Shown here one piece after another: positions 11,474-25,000 of a stretch of 64,000 bases of DNA. The translations under genes and the position numbers were made by a program. The stretch is from Cyanophora paradoxa CCMP329 (taxonomy: Eukaryota > Plantae > Glaucophyta). The number at the start of each line of letters is the position of its first letter. The stretch's first letter is position 1. The notes under the pieces were generated by a model. That model worked only from the letters and a program-made list of their open reading frames with translations, did no database searches and was not told the DNA's origin. The DNA lies in NCBI GenBank assembly GCA_004431415.1, contig QPMI01000632.1:62001-126000 (forward strand). The letters run 5' to 3'.

Positions 11474-13085
11474 ATGAAGTTCGCTCGCGTCAGGCCGCGG
11501 CCGCATGGCGCCGACGGGCCGCCGCTCGGAAGGGACGGGCCTCCGCCCGATGAGTCCCCGTACACAGCTGCCCCGGGGCCCACGGCGGACCTCGCCTCCT
11601 CCCTGCGCGGCGGCGGCACCTGGGGCTGGCGCTTGCGGTGCGCGCCGCGGCCTGCGCTCGCCGAGCCAGATGGGCCGCGGCTCACGGCCCGGCCCGGCCC
11701 GCTCGGCGCGCAGGTTCGCGGACGGGGCGCGGGAGGGGCGGTTCGAGGAGCAGTATGCGCAGCGCGGCCGCGTCCGCTTCCGCATCCTCTTCGCCATCGG
11801 CGCCCTCGCCTCCGCCGGCGACCGTGCGCCGCCCCTCGTCGCGGCGACGCCGCCGCAGCTGGCGCCGCGCCCGCTTGACCCGCCCCCGCCGCCGCCGCCG
11901 CCGAGCGCAGTCGGGTGGGCCATGTCGTTCCCCGATTCCCGCACGCATTCCGACGTGTACCTGCGCGGGTGAGGGCCCCTCGCATCGCCTTCGCGCCTTT
12001 CGTCCGCCCCGACCGACCCGCCGCCCCCAGCGCCATACTCGGGTGGATGGCGCTGCTGTGCGCCGCTTCGTTCACGCCCTTCTACGCGCGCCTGCGGCCC
12101 CACCGCGCCTTCATGTTCACCCTCACGGTGCCCGGCCCCACCTACCGGGTACCCCCGCCCGCCGGCGACGTACCCCTCGGCAGGGCCTCCTGACGACGTA
12201 CGCCCTCTTCTGCGCGCGGCGGGCCTCCGGGCCCTACTGGATCGCGTCTTACCCCCCCTACTGTGCGCCGCCCCCCTACCCTCCCCCCCCTCGGCCGCGC
12301 CGGCGCGCCTTCTGCGTGCCGCCCGCCCGGCCCCGCACCTGCCTCACAGCGGAGGCGGCCGCAGACGACCAGCTGGCCCCGGCGACGGCGATCGCGGTGT
12401 ACCTGTTCGGGCACGTGCCGCTGCGGTACTCGACGGGCGTCCTGCCCTTCCTGGCCGCCCTCTCGCTCGCGGGGGACTTCGTCGGCGCCGCCACCGCCCC
12501 GCCCGAGCTCCGCAGGCGGGGGCTCCTCGTCGCCGTGTCCATACAGGCGCGCCCTAGCTTCTGGGCGACGGGCGAGGGGCGGCCCGCCCGCGTCGGCGTC
12601 GGCGCCTCTGACCTCGACGCCCCGCCCCAGGTCCTCCTCGCGAACCTCACGGCCCTCGTGATCCACGCCGGTGAGGCGTACCCCCCTCCCCGCCGCCGGG
12701 CCGCCCCTCTCCTTGCTTCTCCGACGCGCGCGGTGGGCGCAGCGGTGCGTTACGAGGCGGAGGCGCGGCGGTGCTTCCTCCTCACGGAGGCAGTCGAGCA
12801 CGTCCGCGAGGGCGCAGTGGCACACGCCACCGCCGCCAGCGCCGCCCTCCACAACCTCCTCCCGGACCCCGCCGTCGGCTGCGCTGCCGCCCCGCGCTGT
12901 ACCCCTGCACCGCCGCAGACCTCCACCGGCCCCTCGAGCGCCCGGCCGAGCCCTCAGGGCGTGCCGCTTAGCCCCCTCGAAGCCCCCGTGCCCCTTCTTC
13001 CGCCCCAGGATCACCCCCTTTCTGCGACCTTCTCGGCCCGCGTGCCAGCGGCGCGGGCGCGCGTGGCCCACCGCTGGTCCGCGGC
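11474..13085 (+). CDS. Cyclase copy 2: N-terminal TM region and linker only, catalytic domains absent; reads in frame into the downstream receptor kinase
   Basis: Near-identical inverted copy of about 9185-10560. After ALHNLLPDP it jumps to sequence homologous to the inter-domain linker of copies 1 and 3 (PLEAPVP..PPQD..HRWSA), then diverges. Confidence 0.7.
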
Positions 13086-16000
13086 GCTGGTCCTCGCGAC
13101 GACGCTGGCCCTCGCCCAAGGTGCTTCCCCTTCGCGCGCCCCCGCCTGCGCGGCGCTGACTAGGATGCGACGCAAGGGGCCACGCTCTCGGAGTCCGAGG
13201 CGATGGCCTGGGACGTGGCGCTGGGCGCGCTCGGCAAGCCGGCCGGCATGGCGGCGAGGAGCTTCGCGGCCGGCGCCTTCTTCAACCAGTCCGGCCGCAT
13301 CCTCTTCATGGCCGTGGGGGGTACCACGTCCTCCGGCGACAGCGACGAGGTCGGCCCCTTGACCCCTCCCCCCTTCCTCCCCCCCCGCCCACCTCTCCTG
13401 GTGGTCTCGTTTCCCTGCCCCTTTCTCATCCTAAGACCACCACGCGCGCTCTCTCTCTCTTTTCTGAACTCCTTTCTCCCCCCCCTTCCCCCCCCCCCAC
13501 ACCGCCCCCGCCCCCGCTCACCCCACCCCGGACCCCAATCGCACCCCTCAGCTCCCTATCCTGATGGTCTCGCCTCTTTTCCCCTTTCTCATCCTGAGAC
13601 CAGCACGCGCGCGCTCTCTCTTTTCTAAACTCCTTTCCCCCTACCCCGACCCCCTCCTCCCGCCCCCCGCCCCCGCCCCCCCGCTCCTCCTTCAAGTGTC
13701 GGTCGCCGTCGCTGTGGCCGCCCCCGCCCGGCCGACCTGCTCCGCGCTGACGGCCTCGCCTTCTTCCCCCCTCACCCTCCCTGCCCCCTCCCCCCCCCCT
13801 CCCCCCCCCCCCCCCTACCCTAACTCCCCCCGCCTTCCGTCCAGACTTTTTTGCTTCTCTTCGTGCTTTTTTCAAACCCTTTCTAGATAACACCTCGCTC
13901 GATAGTTCGATAGCTCGCTCGCTCAATAGCTCCCGGGCCCTTATGCGCCTTTATAGAATTTCTCTATATGGCTCCTGTCTTTATCTCTGCAACTTTCTCT
14001 ATCGATATCTCCTCCGGATCCTTCACCTTCCTAGCCGCCGCCTAGCTCAACTAGCTCGATGGCCACCGCCGGGCCGGGCAACGCCCTAGAGAGCCTGGTT
14101 CCTTGAAATCAAAACGTCGCGCCTTTAGCTTAAGCTTGCAATCGGCCTCGGCCTTAGAGGCCAATTGCACGCGCAGATTTGGATACACAACCTGGAGGCG
14201 CGCACCTGGAACCTAGCGCCCCCGCCCGCCAAGGCCCCCTTGGCAGGTTCCGCGACTCAATGCGCCTTCGAGCTGGGCACGTCTTACGTTTACTGCGGTG
14301 GTAAATCTTTATATATTCAGGATCCCAGCTTTCCTAGGCCTTCTCTCTCTGATATGGAACACTGATCGGCGCCCAGGCGGATCCTACCCCCGCTCCTACA
14401 ACTTCTGGAGGATATCCAGTGCCCTGACATCCGGGCCAGAGCTCCTCCCGAGTCTGCCAACGGACTACGAACCGACAACACGCAGCGGCCACTGTGCGTC
14501 CGTTCTCGTAGTATGGTCGGTTCCGCAGCAGAATGTGAAGGACTGATTCGTTTACATTCACAGGTTTGACCGCCTTCAAAGGAAGCGTTTGGGTCAGTCT
14601 GGCATGCGCAGATGAAACGGCCGTCCGCGCCACTGAGCGCGTCATGGATAGGTCGCGGCCGGATACGATTCCTGGCGAAGCTACCGAAATGACCTGTTGA
14701 GGTTCGAGTACTAGTGCGCGTGCTCGCAATTGCAAACTTTAAAGTGCATCGGTTTCGGCATGCGCAGATACACGATAGCGACGCGCTCTTGGTCTACTGA
14801 GGCGCATAAGCTCCCTGGTACATTCACCCGGGTCGTGTTGTGACCGAGCCCGCAGATCGCAAATGGAAACTCGCAAATGGCTGCGAGGGCCTTCTGCGGC
14901 TGCGCGCGATCCGGCTCCCGCCTGTACATCTCCGGTGGCGGCCCTCAACCATGGGAGGAGTCGAATAAGCAGATCCCGGATATCTAGTGCGCGAGCACGA
15001 GACGCATGCCGAGCGTTGCTCTGATTCTGGGTGCCGCTTAGTTTCGTTGACCTTGCCGACGGAGTCGAGCGCCGCTTCGTGCATTTCACCACCTGGCCGG
15101 TGTATCCGAACAACGTGTACCCTCGCACTGTATCTTCCGGTCACGTCCTCGGCATCTGCTACGGGCTCGTCATGTTGGTCCCTAGACGCCGCACTGACTT
15201 TCTGGACTTCCCGGTGAAGATGTTTACTGAAGGTGACCATGGCCAAAGCTATAGCTATATAGCTTCTGCAGTTCGGATTCGGGATGCTCATGCATTGACG
15301 TGCTTCGTTCGCGCTAGACGGGTCCGAGTTCTTTTCGGCACGTGAAGGCACACTCGGAAATGCGTTCCCTGCGTATGACGGCCTTGCATCCCTGCAGGAC
15401 ACAGTTTCGAACGACTCCTGTTTGCTGTGCGTGCATGCGCATGCACTTGAGCTTGAAGAGCCGAAATTTGCTTTGTCACATAAAGGGCGAAGCCGCACTG
15501 ACCCTTCATTCTCAGCGTCACTCTCGGCGGATTCAGCTACTTCGAATACCCCACACGTGTCGCGACCCACGAGGCATCTACCTTCCTTCTACAAGGTGCG
15601 CCTCGCGATGCTGCGCTGCTCGCCGCAACTTGAAAGTGAAAGCGGGCGGACCCGCAGTTAAAATTCCGGGCAGCAACGCGTTCATTCCGGAGCTCCTGGA
15701 TATGCGCGGGTACAATCGAGGTACAGGCCCAATGAGCGGTCGGCGGCGGGCAGCTGCTGCGCTCTACTACGAAAAAGGCGTGCGAAAGCTGGCTGTTGTT
15801 GGTGGCGAGGGAGCCGGCGGTCTCAAGGATATCTGGAGCATGCATGTTGGTGAGCTGAAAATATGTCGTAGCAATCGTCGTGTGTCTTCCTGTCGACTTT
15901 GCGCTGCAGAGAGTGGAGTCTGGCAAGCATCATCTAGTGCAACTCCTTCCGGCGGAGAAGGCATCCGATGTGCATGGGATGGCTTCCTCACAATTTATTG

Positions 16001-19000
16001 CCTGCGTGCGTAGCTGCCTGCGTTCAAGCGTGCACGGAGCTTTTAAATCTGTATCGTACCAGGATTAAATTTCTTCTGGAGTCACCCAGTCGCATTGAAC
16101 GCAACGACACGCCTGCCAGACCCGCCGATTTCGCTGTTCCATGGTTGCATGGCAATTTACGACGGCGCGGTGTACTATGGGACAGGGACGGATGGCTCTG
16201 GCAGCACAATTAGGAGCGACCTCCTGAGGTGCGCGCGAGGCTTATAAATTAAGCTTGCTCGTACGATTGTCATTCTCCGACCTTGACGAACTCGCTTCGC
16301 TCGAATAGATACGAGATCGCGACGCGGATGTGGACGTACGCTATTGAGCATGCAACCTCTGGTATTGTTCCTATGTATAGGGCGTCGTGCGCTCGAGTCG
16401 GCCCAAAGATGTACCTGCACGGCGGTTTTACCGGTGCCAACTATCCGAAAACGCTCTACGAGGTTGATTTGGCTCGAGGCACACCGAAAGCCTACCGCAC
16501 AATCGGAGACTACGCTTCGGGGTGCACGGAATGCGCAGCAGGCGCTTGTCGAGGAATGTTTGTCCACACAGCCTTTAACCGCAAAACCTACCTTATCAAT
16601 CCGATCGGTGCATCGCCTGTTCAATTGTTTTGCAATTGCGATTGTCCTGTATATATGTATTGTTCTGGTGCCTATCTAATCGATCCGACGTTGCAATTAA
16701 TATTGCTCTGTATTCAACGCCACCTTTACGACTCTGTATATATTTACATTTGGCGTCGAACTTCGTTCAGATGGGGCGGTTGTGCTATTCGTAAAAGACT
16801 CTGTTCCGGTGACAGATGCTGCCTGTGCGCTTCAAGTTTCTGTCAGCCTCCATAATAGCGATGGCCTGCTGACGCTTGGCCTTGCTCCAAATTCCTCCAA
16901 TTGCGCAGATGACTCTGATGACGAGAACTGCGAATTGTGCGTGATTTACTCTCGTCGCCGTGTCTCGAGTGCGAGCCTGCAGCTGATCACAGCGTCGCGG
17001 ACCAAATGCCGCTGCAGCTTCAGCGCCACTGGGGGCTGGGGCACCGAAGTCTTCCACATGAAAGGATATCTATCACCTATATCGGTGACTTGGGCCTCCG
17101 TCATTGGCGAAGGAAACAAAAACGCATCGGCCGTGCCGTTGGAGAGGGGCCTGCAGGCGACAGTGGCGTACGCGGCCGCGACTCGCTCCTACGGACCCGT
17201 CTCCGTCGGGCTCTCGCCGGCAGACGGCCAGACGCCGCCGATGCCCGAACTCCGCCTCTCGCTAGACGACGACGTGGTCTATATCTACGCTTCCGGCGGT
17301 TCGTTTAACATCTCGGCACTCCCTGCAAACCTGAATGGCGGATCGTACCGCTTCCGAGTGTACAATGTCTACGGGGACGGCGACTCGACTTCATCGTTCC
17401 AAATCTCTTCCTGTGCGCGACGTTCTTGGAGATCTTTTGTGCTGGCTGAAAGATGCTGTGCTGTGGCTGGTGCATGCGCAGGGAACCTGATGGAAGTCCA
17501 GTATCCGACAGCCGGGGCGCAAGCGGAGGTGAACACTTCGATGAGTATCGGTGCGCGGGACTTTGCAATGGTTTCGACCTTTTCTCGAGCCTGACTTCCG
17601 GCAGTATGGACATCTTCCCTCTGGTCCTTTGAAGCATCTGTTTACCTGCTGCCGAGCAATCAGAATCAAGTTCTGGTGCGCAAATTTTATGCCCGATTGC
17701 AGTTCGAGCACAAGCAGTTGCTTACTCCCAGCATTGCATTGCCTGCCTCCAGTCGTGGAGTGGGCAGTTCTTGGGCAATTTCTCCGTGTCTGAACAAGGG
17801 GGCTCAGCCGACCTCTTCATACCCAAAGAAACCACGCCCGGACACTTCGTCATTCAACTTGTCGACGAGGCCCAAGCGACAAGGAGTTCTCAGCTGTTCC
17901 CCTTCATCGTTGCTACTCCGCCGGGTTCGCGAAGTCTCTGTCTCTCTTCTACTCTATCTTAATCGTATACATTGTTTAACAAATTTCTTTGAATTCCGTC
18001 TCCTCAGACGCGATGTGGGAACCGGAGCTTCGATCGGGGAGTGGGGAGGACGGCACCCAAGTGACCATTCAGCTGCGCTACTGGAGGGGACAGAACGTTT
18101 CCACTGTCGAGGCGAACTGCACAAACGACGCGCGTTCGTACTCAGCCGTCGTCCCGATACAGGAAAGTGATCCTCCGCTGACGGAGGTGTATGTTGTCGT
18201 CGACCCCTCCTACACGGCGGACTTCCTGTTGAACTGCAGCGTTCGTCTTCTCTCGAGAGATGGCCGCGCTTCGCCTGCAGTCGTCCTGGCTCCCGTCGTG
18301 GTTAGCGTAGGTCTGTGCTTTCTTCTTCCTTGCCCGCGATGACCAGAGCGCAACGCTCATCTTCGGATTCCATTAGCCGCACCCTCGAAGCCGACAGTCA
18401 GCGGAGCTGCGGCCGTCAACAGCACTCTTGCGACTGCCTTGATCTCTTTCTCTGCCGGCCAAAATGTATCTGCGTTGTCCGTCCGCTGCACTGGGTTTGG
18501 AGGGCCGTACTTCATCTCCGCTGCGGTCGGAGATGCCGATGCAGACGGAGCTTTCGTGCGAATCTGGGCTGCACCTTCTTTTGCCGGTGCAAATGTGCTT
18601 TCATGTGCTGCGTTCGCGACTGGCACAACTGGACGACAAAGTTCCGGGGCACCGTTTTCTGTATCCATCGCGGCAGGTGATACGTTCTCGATCATGCATC
18701 TGGATTGCTCGATCTCACAGGCGCGCAACGCAGAGTCCCCTTCGTCGCCTCTAATTCTGTCGGCGTCGGCACCTTCTTCGGTCCTGGCCTCGCTCACGAT
18801 CTCTTTCGCTGCGAAACAGAATGTTTCCACAGTTCACGTAAATTGCACGGGATTCGGCGGGCCGTACCTCGCCCAGCTTGCAGTCACGGACGCTAATGCT
18901 GGCGGCGCGGCGATTCAGTTCGCCGTAGCGCCGTCCTACGCAAACAACTTCACGATCACGTGCTCGGCGAGCATCGTCAGCATGTCGGGGCTAGCGTCCA

Positions 19001-22000
19001 CAGCTGCGAGCTCGCAGTCGCTTGAGATTTCAGCCGGTACTTGGTTTTCGTCTTCGTTTCACGCTCGTCGCTGCAGCTGACTGCGCGTTGAACACGCGCG
19101 CAGCTCCGCCCAGCGAGCCTTCCGTACTGTTTTCTTCTCCGCCAACCACCGATTTCGGAATGGCCGTCTTCCGATTGGCATTTACGCCGGGACAGAACGC
19201 ATCAGCCTTGGAAATCGGCTGCACAGGGTTCAACGGTCCATACCTTGCCAGTTCGGCCGTTTCAGATGCGGACGCAAGTGGGATCGACATTCAACTGGTC
19301 GTTGCCAGGTCGTACGCAAGCAGCTATACCTTGGCATGCTCGGCGCTGGTTATCGGAAGGACGGGGCTCAGAAGCGGCACGACTGCAGCCTCTACCATTG
19401 TCCCTGCATGTGCGATTCGAAATAGGCCTAGTCTCTGTCACCCGCGCTTCTCCTTGATTCGCACTATGCACAGCGGATCCAAGTCTTCCGAGTTTGCTGG
19501 CGGCGTCAGTCATCAACTCGACCGACATCTCCTTCCACGTGGCGTTTGAAGCGAACCAGAACGTGTCTTCCATCGAATGCGCCTGTACGGGCACTGGCCG
19601 GAGCCACGAGGCCGCCGTAACAGTCACAGACGCAAATGCGAACGGCATAATTGTTCGGATGTCCTTCTTCCCTTCCTACGCAGGAAATTTCGTGCTTTCG
19701 TGCTCAGTCGCGTCAGTCACCAAGGCAGGCGTTCGAAACGCAACCGCGCCTTTCTTCCTCGAGATAATGGCAGGTACGTATACCAGTTTGTTGAACATTG
19801 CTAGCGCTTTGTCGCAGGTCTAGTGCATCGTGCGCACTCGATCTCTCCTTGACAATCTCGATGTGCAGCGCCGCCGCTGGCGCCGTCGGTGCTCTCGGCT
19901 GCTGCCGCCAACGCGACCGTCGCGTCGCTGCGGGCGGGGTTCTCGGCCGGCCAGAACGCATCCGCCATCGAGCTGACCTGCTCGGGCTTCGGGGGACCGT
20001 ATCGGCGCACGGCGGCCGTCTCGGATGCGGACGCTGGGGGCGTCGACTTCGCGATCGCTGTCGCCGCATCCTACGCGTCCAACTACACAGTCAGCTGCTC
20101 GGTGACCGTTGCAAGCGCGTCCGGGCTGCGCAGCGCGGCGGCCGTGCAGTCGTTCGTCGTCCCTGCAGGTATGCCGTGCTTTGCCGTGGATCGGCCATGC
20201 GAGCGCTTCGGGCAGATCTGACGCCAACGCTGCGCAGAGATCCCGACCCCGCCCGCAATCGCAGAAGCAGGGGCCGTCAACTCGACACTGCTGCATCTCC
20301 GTGCAACGTTCACCGTGGGCCAGAGTGTGTCGACAGTGGAGGCAGCCTGCACGGGGCGCGGCGGGCCATACGCGGCGATAGCAGCTGTGTCGAGTGCCGC
20401 AGCGGCAGCGGGCGAAGTGATGATCGGGGTGCCGGTTTCGCTTGCCTACCTGAACTACACAGTGGATTGCACCTTAGTGGCGGAGAGCGCGGCGGGCGTG
20501 CGCGTTGTGGGCGGCTGGGCGACGGCCATGATTCCTGCCGGTGAGTCGCGGCTTGCAGGGGGTCGGAGCTCGTCTGCCCCGCATGCTCGATCTCCCCTTG
20601 ACAATCTCGATGTGCAGCGCCGCCGCTGGCGCCGTCGGTGCTCTCGGCTGCTGCCGCCAACGCGACCGTCGCGTCGCTGCGGGCGGGGTTCTCGGCCGGC
20701 CAGAACGCATCCGCCATCGAGCTGACCTGCTCGGGCTTCGGGGGACCGTATCGGCGCACGGCGGCCGTCTCGGATGCGGACGCTGGGGGCGTCGACTTCG
20801 CGATCGCTGTCGCCGCATCCTACGCGTCCAACTACACAGTCAGCTGCTCGGTGACCGTTGCAAGCGCGTCCGGGCTGCGCAGCGCGGCGGCCGTGCAGTC
20901 GTTCGTCGTCCCTGCAGGTATGCCGTGCTTTGCCGTGGATCGGCCATGCGAGCGCTTCGGGCAGATCTGACGCCAACGCTGCGCAGAGATCCCGACCCCG
21001 CCCGCAATCGCGGAAGCAGGGGCCGTCAACTCGACACTGCTGCATCTCCGTGCAACGTTCACCGTGGGCCAGAGTGTGTCGACAGTGGAGGCAGCCTGCA
21101 CGGGGCGCGGCGGGCCATACGCGGCGATAGCAGCTGTGTCGAGTGCCGCAGCGGCAGCGGGCGAAGTGATGATCGGGGTGCCGGTTTCGCTTGCCTACCT
21201 GAACTACACAGTGGATTGCACCTTGGTGGCGGAGAGCGCGGCGGGCGTGCGCGTTGTGGGCGGCTGGGCGACGGCCATGATTCCTGCCGGTGAGTCGCGG
21301 CTTGCAGGGGGTCGGAGCTCGTCTGCGCCGCATGCTCGATCTCTCCTTGACAATCTCAATGTGCAGCGCCGCCGCTGGCGCCGTCGGTGCTCTTTGCTGC
21401 TGCCGCCAACGCGACCGTCGCGTTGCTGCGGGCGGGGTTCTCGGCCGGCCAGAACGCATCCGCCATCGAGCTGACCTGCTCGGGCTTCGGGGGACCGTAT
21501 CGGCGCACGGCGGCCGTCTCGGATGCGGACGCTGGGGGCGTCGACTTCGCGATCGCTGTCGCCGCATCCTACGCGTCCAACTACACAGTCAGCTGCTCGG
21601 TGACCGTTGCAAGCGCGTCCGGGCTGCGCAGCGCGGCGGCCGTGCAGTCGTTCGTCGTCCCTGCAGGTATGCCGTGCTTTGCCGTGGATCGGCCATGCGA
21701 GCGCTTCGGGCAGATCTGACGCCAACGCTGCGCAGAGATCCCGACCCCGCCCGCAATCGCAGAAGCAGGGGCCGTCAACTCGACACTGCTGCATCTCCGT
21801 GCAACGTTCACCGTGGGCCAGAGTGTGTCGACAGTGGAGGCAGCCTGCACGGGGCGCGGCGGGCCATACGCGGCGATAGCAGCTGTGTCGAGTGCCGCAG
21901 CGGCAGCGGGCGAAGTGATGATCGGGGTGCCGGTTTCGCTTGCCTACCTGAACTACACAGTGGATTGCACCTTGGTGGCGGAGAGCGCGGCGGGCGTGCG

Positions 22001-25000
22001 CGTTGTGGGCGGCTGGGCGACGGCCATGATTCCTGCCGGTGAGTCGCGGCTTGCAGGGGGTCGGAGCTCGTCTGCGCCGCATGCTCGATCTCTCCTTGAC
22101 AATCTCAATGTGCAGCGCCGCCGCTGGCGCCGTCGGTGCTCTTTGCTGCTGCCGCCAACGCGACCGTCGCGTTGCTGCGGGCGGGGTTCTCGGCCGGCCA
22201 GAACGCATCCGCCATCGAGCTGACCTGCACGGGCTTCGGGGGACCGTATCGGCGCACGGCGGCCGTCTCGGATGCGGACGCTGGGGGCGTCGACTTCGCG
22301 ATCGCTGTCGCCGCATCCTACGCGTCCAACTACACAGTCAGCTGCTCGGTGACCGTTGCAAGCGCGTCCGGGCTGCGCAGCGCGGCGGCCGTGCAGTCGT
22401 TCGTCGTCCCTGCAGGTATGCCGTGCTTTGCCGTGGATCGGCCATGCGAGCGCTTCGGGCAGATCTGACGCCAACGCTGCGCAGAGATCCCGACCCCGCC
22501 CGCAATCGCAGAAGCAGGGGCCGTCAACTCGACACTGCTGCATCTCCGTGCAACGTTCACCGTGGGCCAGAGTGTGTCGACAGTGGAGGCAGCCTGCACG
22601 GGGCGCGGCGGGCCATACGCGGCGATAGCAGCTGTGTCGAGTGCCGCAGCGGCAGCGGGCGAAGTGATGATCGGGGTGCCGGTTTCGCTTGCCTACCTGA
22701 ACTACACAGTGGATTGCACCTTAGTAGCGGAGAGTGCGGCGGGCGTGCGCGTTGCGGGCGGCTCGGCGACGTCCACGATTCCTGCAGGTGAGTCGTGGCT
22801 TGCATGGGGTCGGAGCTGATCTGCCTCGCACGCGCTCCATCTCTCCTTGACAATCTCAATGTGCAGCGCCGCCGCTGGCGCCGTCGGTGCTCTCGGCTGT
22901 TGCTGCCAACGCGACCGTCGCGTCGCTGCGGGCGGGGTTCTCGGCCGGCCAGAACGCATCCGCCATCGAGCTGACCTGCTCGGGCTTCGGGGGACCGTAT
23001 CGGCGCACGGCGGCCGTCTCGGATGCGGACGCTGGGGGCGTCGACTTCGCGATCGCTGTCGCCGCATCCTACGCGTCCAACTACACAGTCAGCTGCTCGG
23101 TGACCGTTGCAAGCGCGTCCGGGCTGCGCAGCGCGGCGGCCGTGCAGTCGTTCGTCGTCCCTGCAGGTATGCACGTCGGGTTTGTTCTGGCTTCGCCTTC
23201 GCGTTCAAGTTCCGATATTCAACTTATCGGCTGCTTTTTCCTCTAGAGCGTCCGTCGACTTCCACATTCCATTCGGCGGACGCTTTGAATGCAACGATGG
23301 TCCAATTCGCTGTCGCCTTTGCGACGGATCAGAACATTACCGCTCTTCGAGTAAACTGCACCGGCTTCGGAGGGGTTCGCGTTACGTCTTGGCAAGTTTC
23401 CGATGCGAATGCGCAAAACACTTCTGCTCTGCTAGCAGTAGCGCCATCCTTTGCCAACAACTACACGCTATCGTGCTCTCTATCGGCTATGTCAACTGCT
23501 GGGCTGCGAAGTGGCTTTGCCGAGCGTGCCGTTGTCATCCCAGCGGGTGCTTTTTCTTTTGTTGACATTATTCTTTCGTCCGTTGGTGATTGCATCTATT
23601 GCGCAGCCAACCCAGACCCTCCTGTCAGCGCTTCGCTTTCGATGATTGACGAAACGGCTGTGAATGCGGCCGTCGGGTTCACTCGCGGGCAAAACGCCGC
23701 TTTCGTTGTATTCGAGTGCGATGCCTTCGGAGTAGCTTACAAAGGCAACGTTTCCGTTAGCGCCCAAAACGAGGCGTCCGCTAATGTGCTTGCACGGATT
23801 CCAATCACCCCGGCGTACAATGCGAGCAGCGAACTCGTATGTTCTTTTGCCATCCTAGCAACAACGAACCTCGCGTCTGCCCCCACGTACAAGTCGATCA
23901 CTGTACCCGCCTCGACGCCTTGGACGCCATCACTGACATCGCTCGTCGCCATGAACGCCACGGACGTTTCCTTCGACATCGAGTTTGCACAAGGACAGAG
24001 CGTGGACCGCGCCGACTTTCATTGCGTTGGCATCGGTGGACGAACCGTCGTTGCGAGTGTGCCCGTTGATGGCGCATTGAGCAACGCTCGCGGCGTTCTG
24101 CGGCTGGTCCTGTCTGAGACAAGCTACGCCCTTTCCTGCCAAGTCGCCGTGCATTCATCGGGCGGCAAGGTGTCCTCGCTGTCCGCAGCGCTGAGCGCGA
24201 CCATACCAGGTGATGCCGCTCGAATACTTTTACAGCTCCAATCCGCCGCAGTCATGACACCGTCGCAGGCGTTTTCTCGATGAGAGCTACCACCTTGTCA
24301 TCCAGGTCACTGCCGGCCAGCCGGCTTGCCCTGGGCTCTGCTGCAGTATTTCGCACCTCCTCTGGCCGTTCGATGGTCGCCATTTTCCATTCCGGTGACA
24401 GCATCGGCGCGGCCTCCGAGGGCGCTATTTCCGTTTACGACGCCGGTCTGGGAGAGTGGACGGAGGCTACTGCACGTGTCCCCTTCAGCGGAGAGGGTTT
24501 CCAGTGTACATGGGACTTGTCTGATGCCATCTTTTGCACAGGTCAGGCCCACAGTCTCGCTCGCCTTGTCCTTAAATGCTCGTGTTAATCTGAAGCGTCT
24601 TTTACAGGCGGATATGTTGCTTCTGCTGGAAAATACATGGTGGCTGCTTGGGCTTATTCTTCGGCGTTCGACACCCGCGTCGCACTGCCCGACATGCCGG
24701 TGGCGAGGGCGTACCACTGCTCGACCGTTTTCAATAGGACTTTGTGGGTGCGTGCCCTGTTCGGCTCGTTTCTGATGGGAAGTCGGGATCGCCGGTCGAG
24801 CTCTGCTCAGGTCGTGGGTGGTGTGGGCGCCAGCGCGAGCGGAGGGACGCCGGGCGCGAGGAACGACCTCCTTAGGCGCCAGCCCTGCTCTTGTGAACGA
24901 GTCTTTGCGCCAACTCACATTTCGTTTCAGCTACTCCGTCTCTGGCCGTGAGTGGAGAGCGGAAATTCCGCAGGGTAATCTTCAAATGCCATCGCGAGCG

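Noticed and set aside
19838-23172. Array considered as CRISPR or non-coding satellite
   Set aside because: There are no unique spacers. Units are spliced coding modules homologous to the flanking exons.
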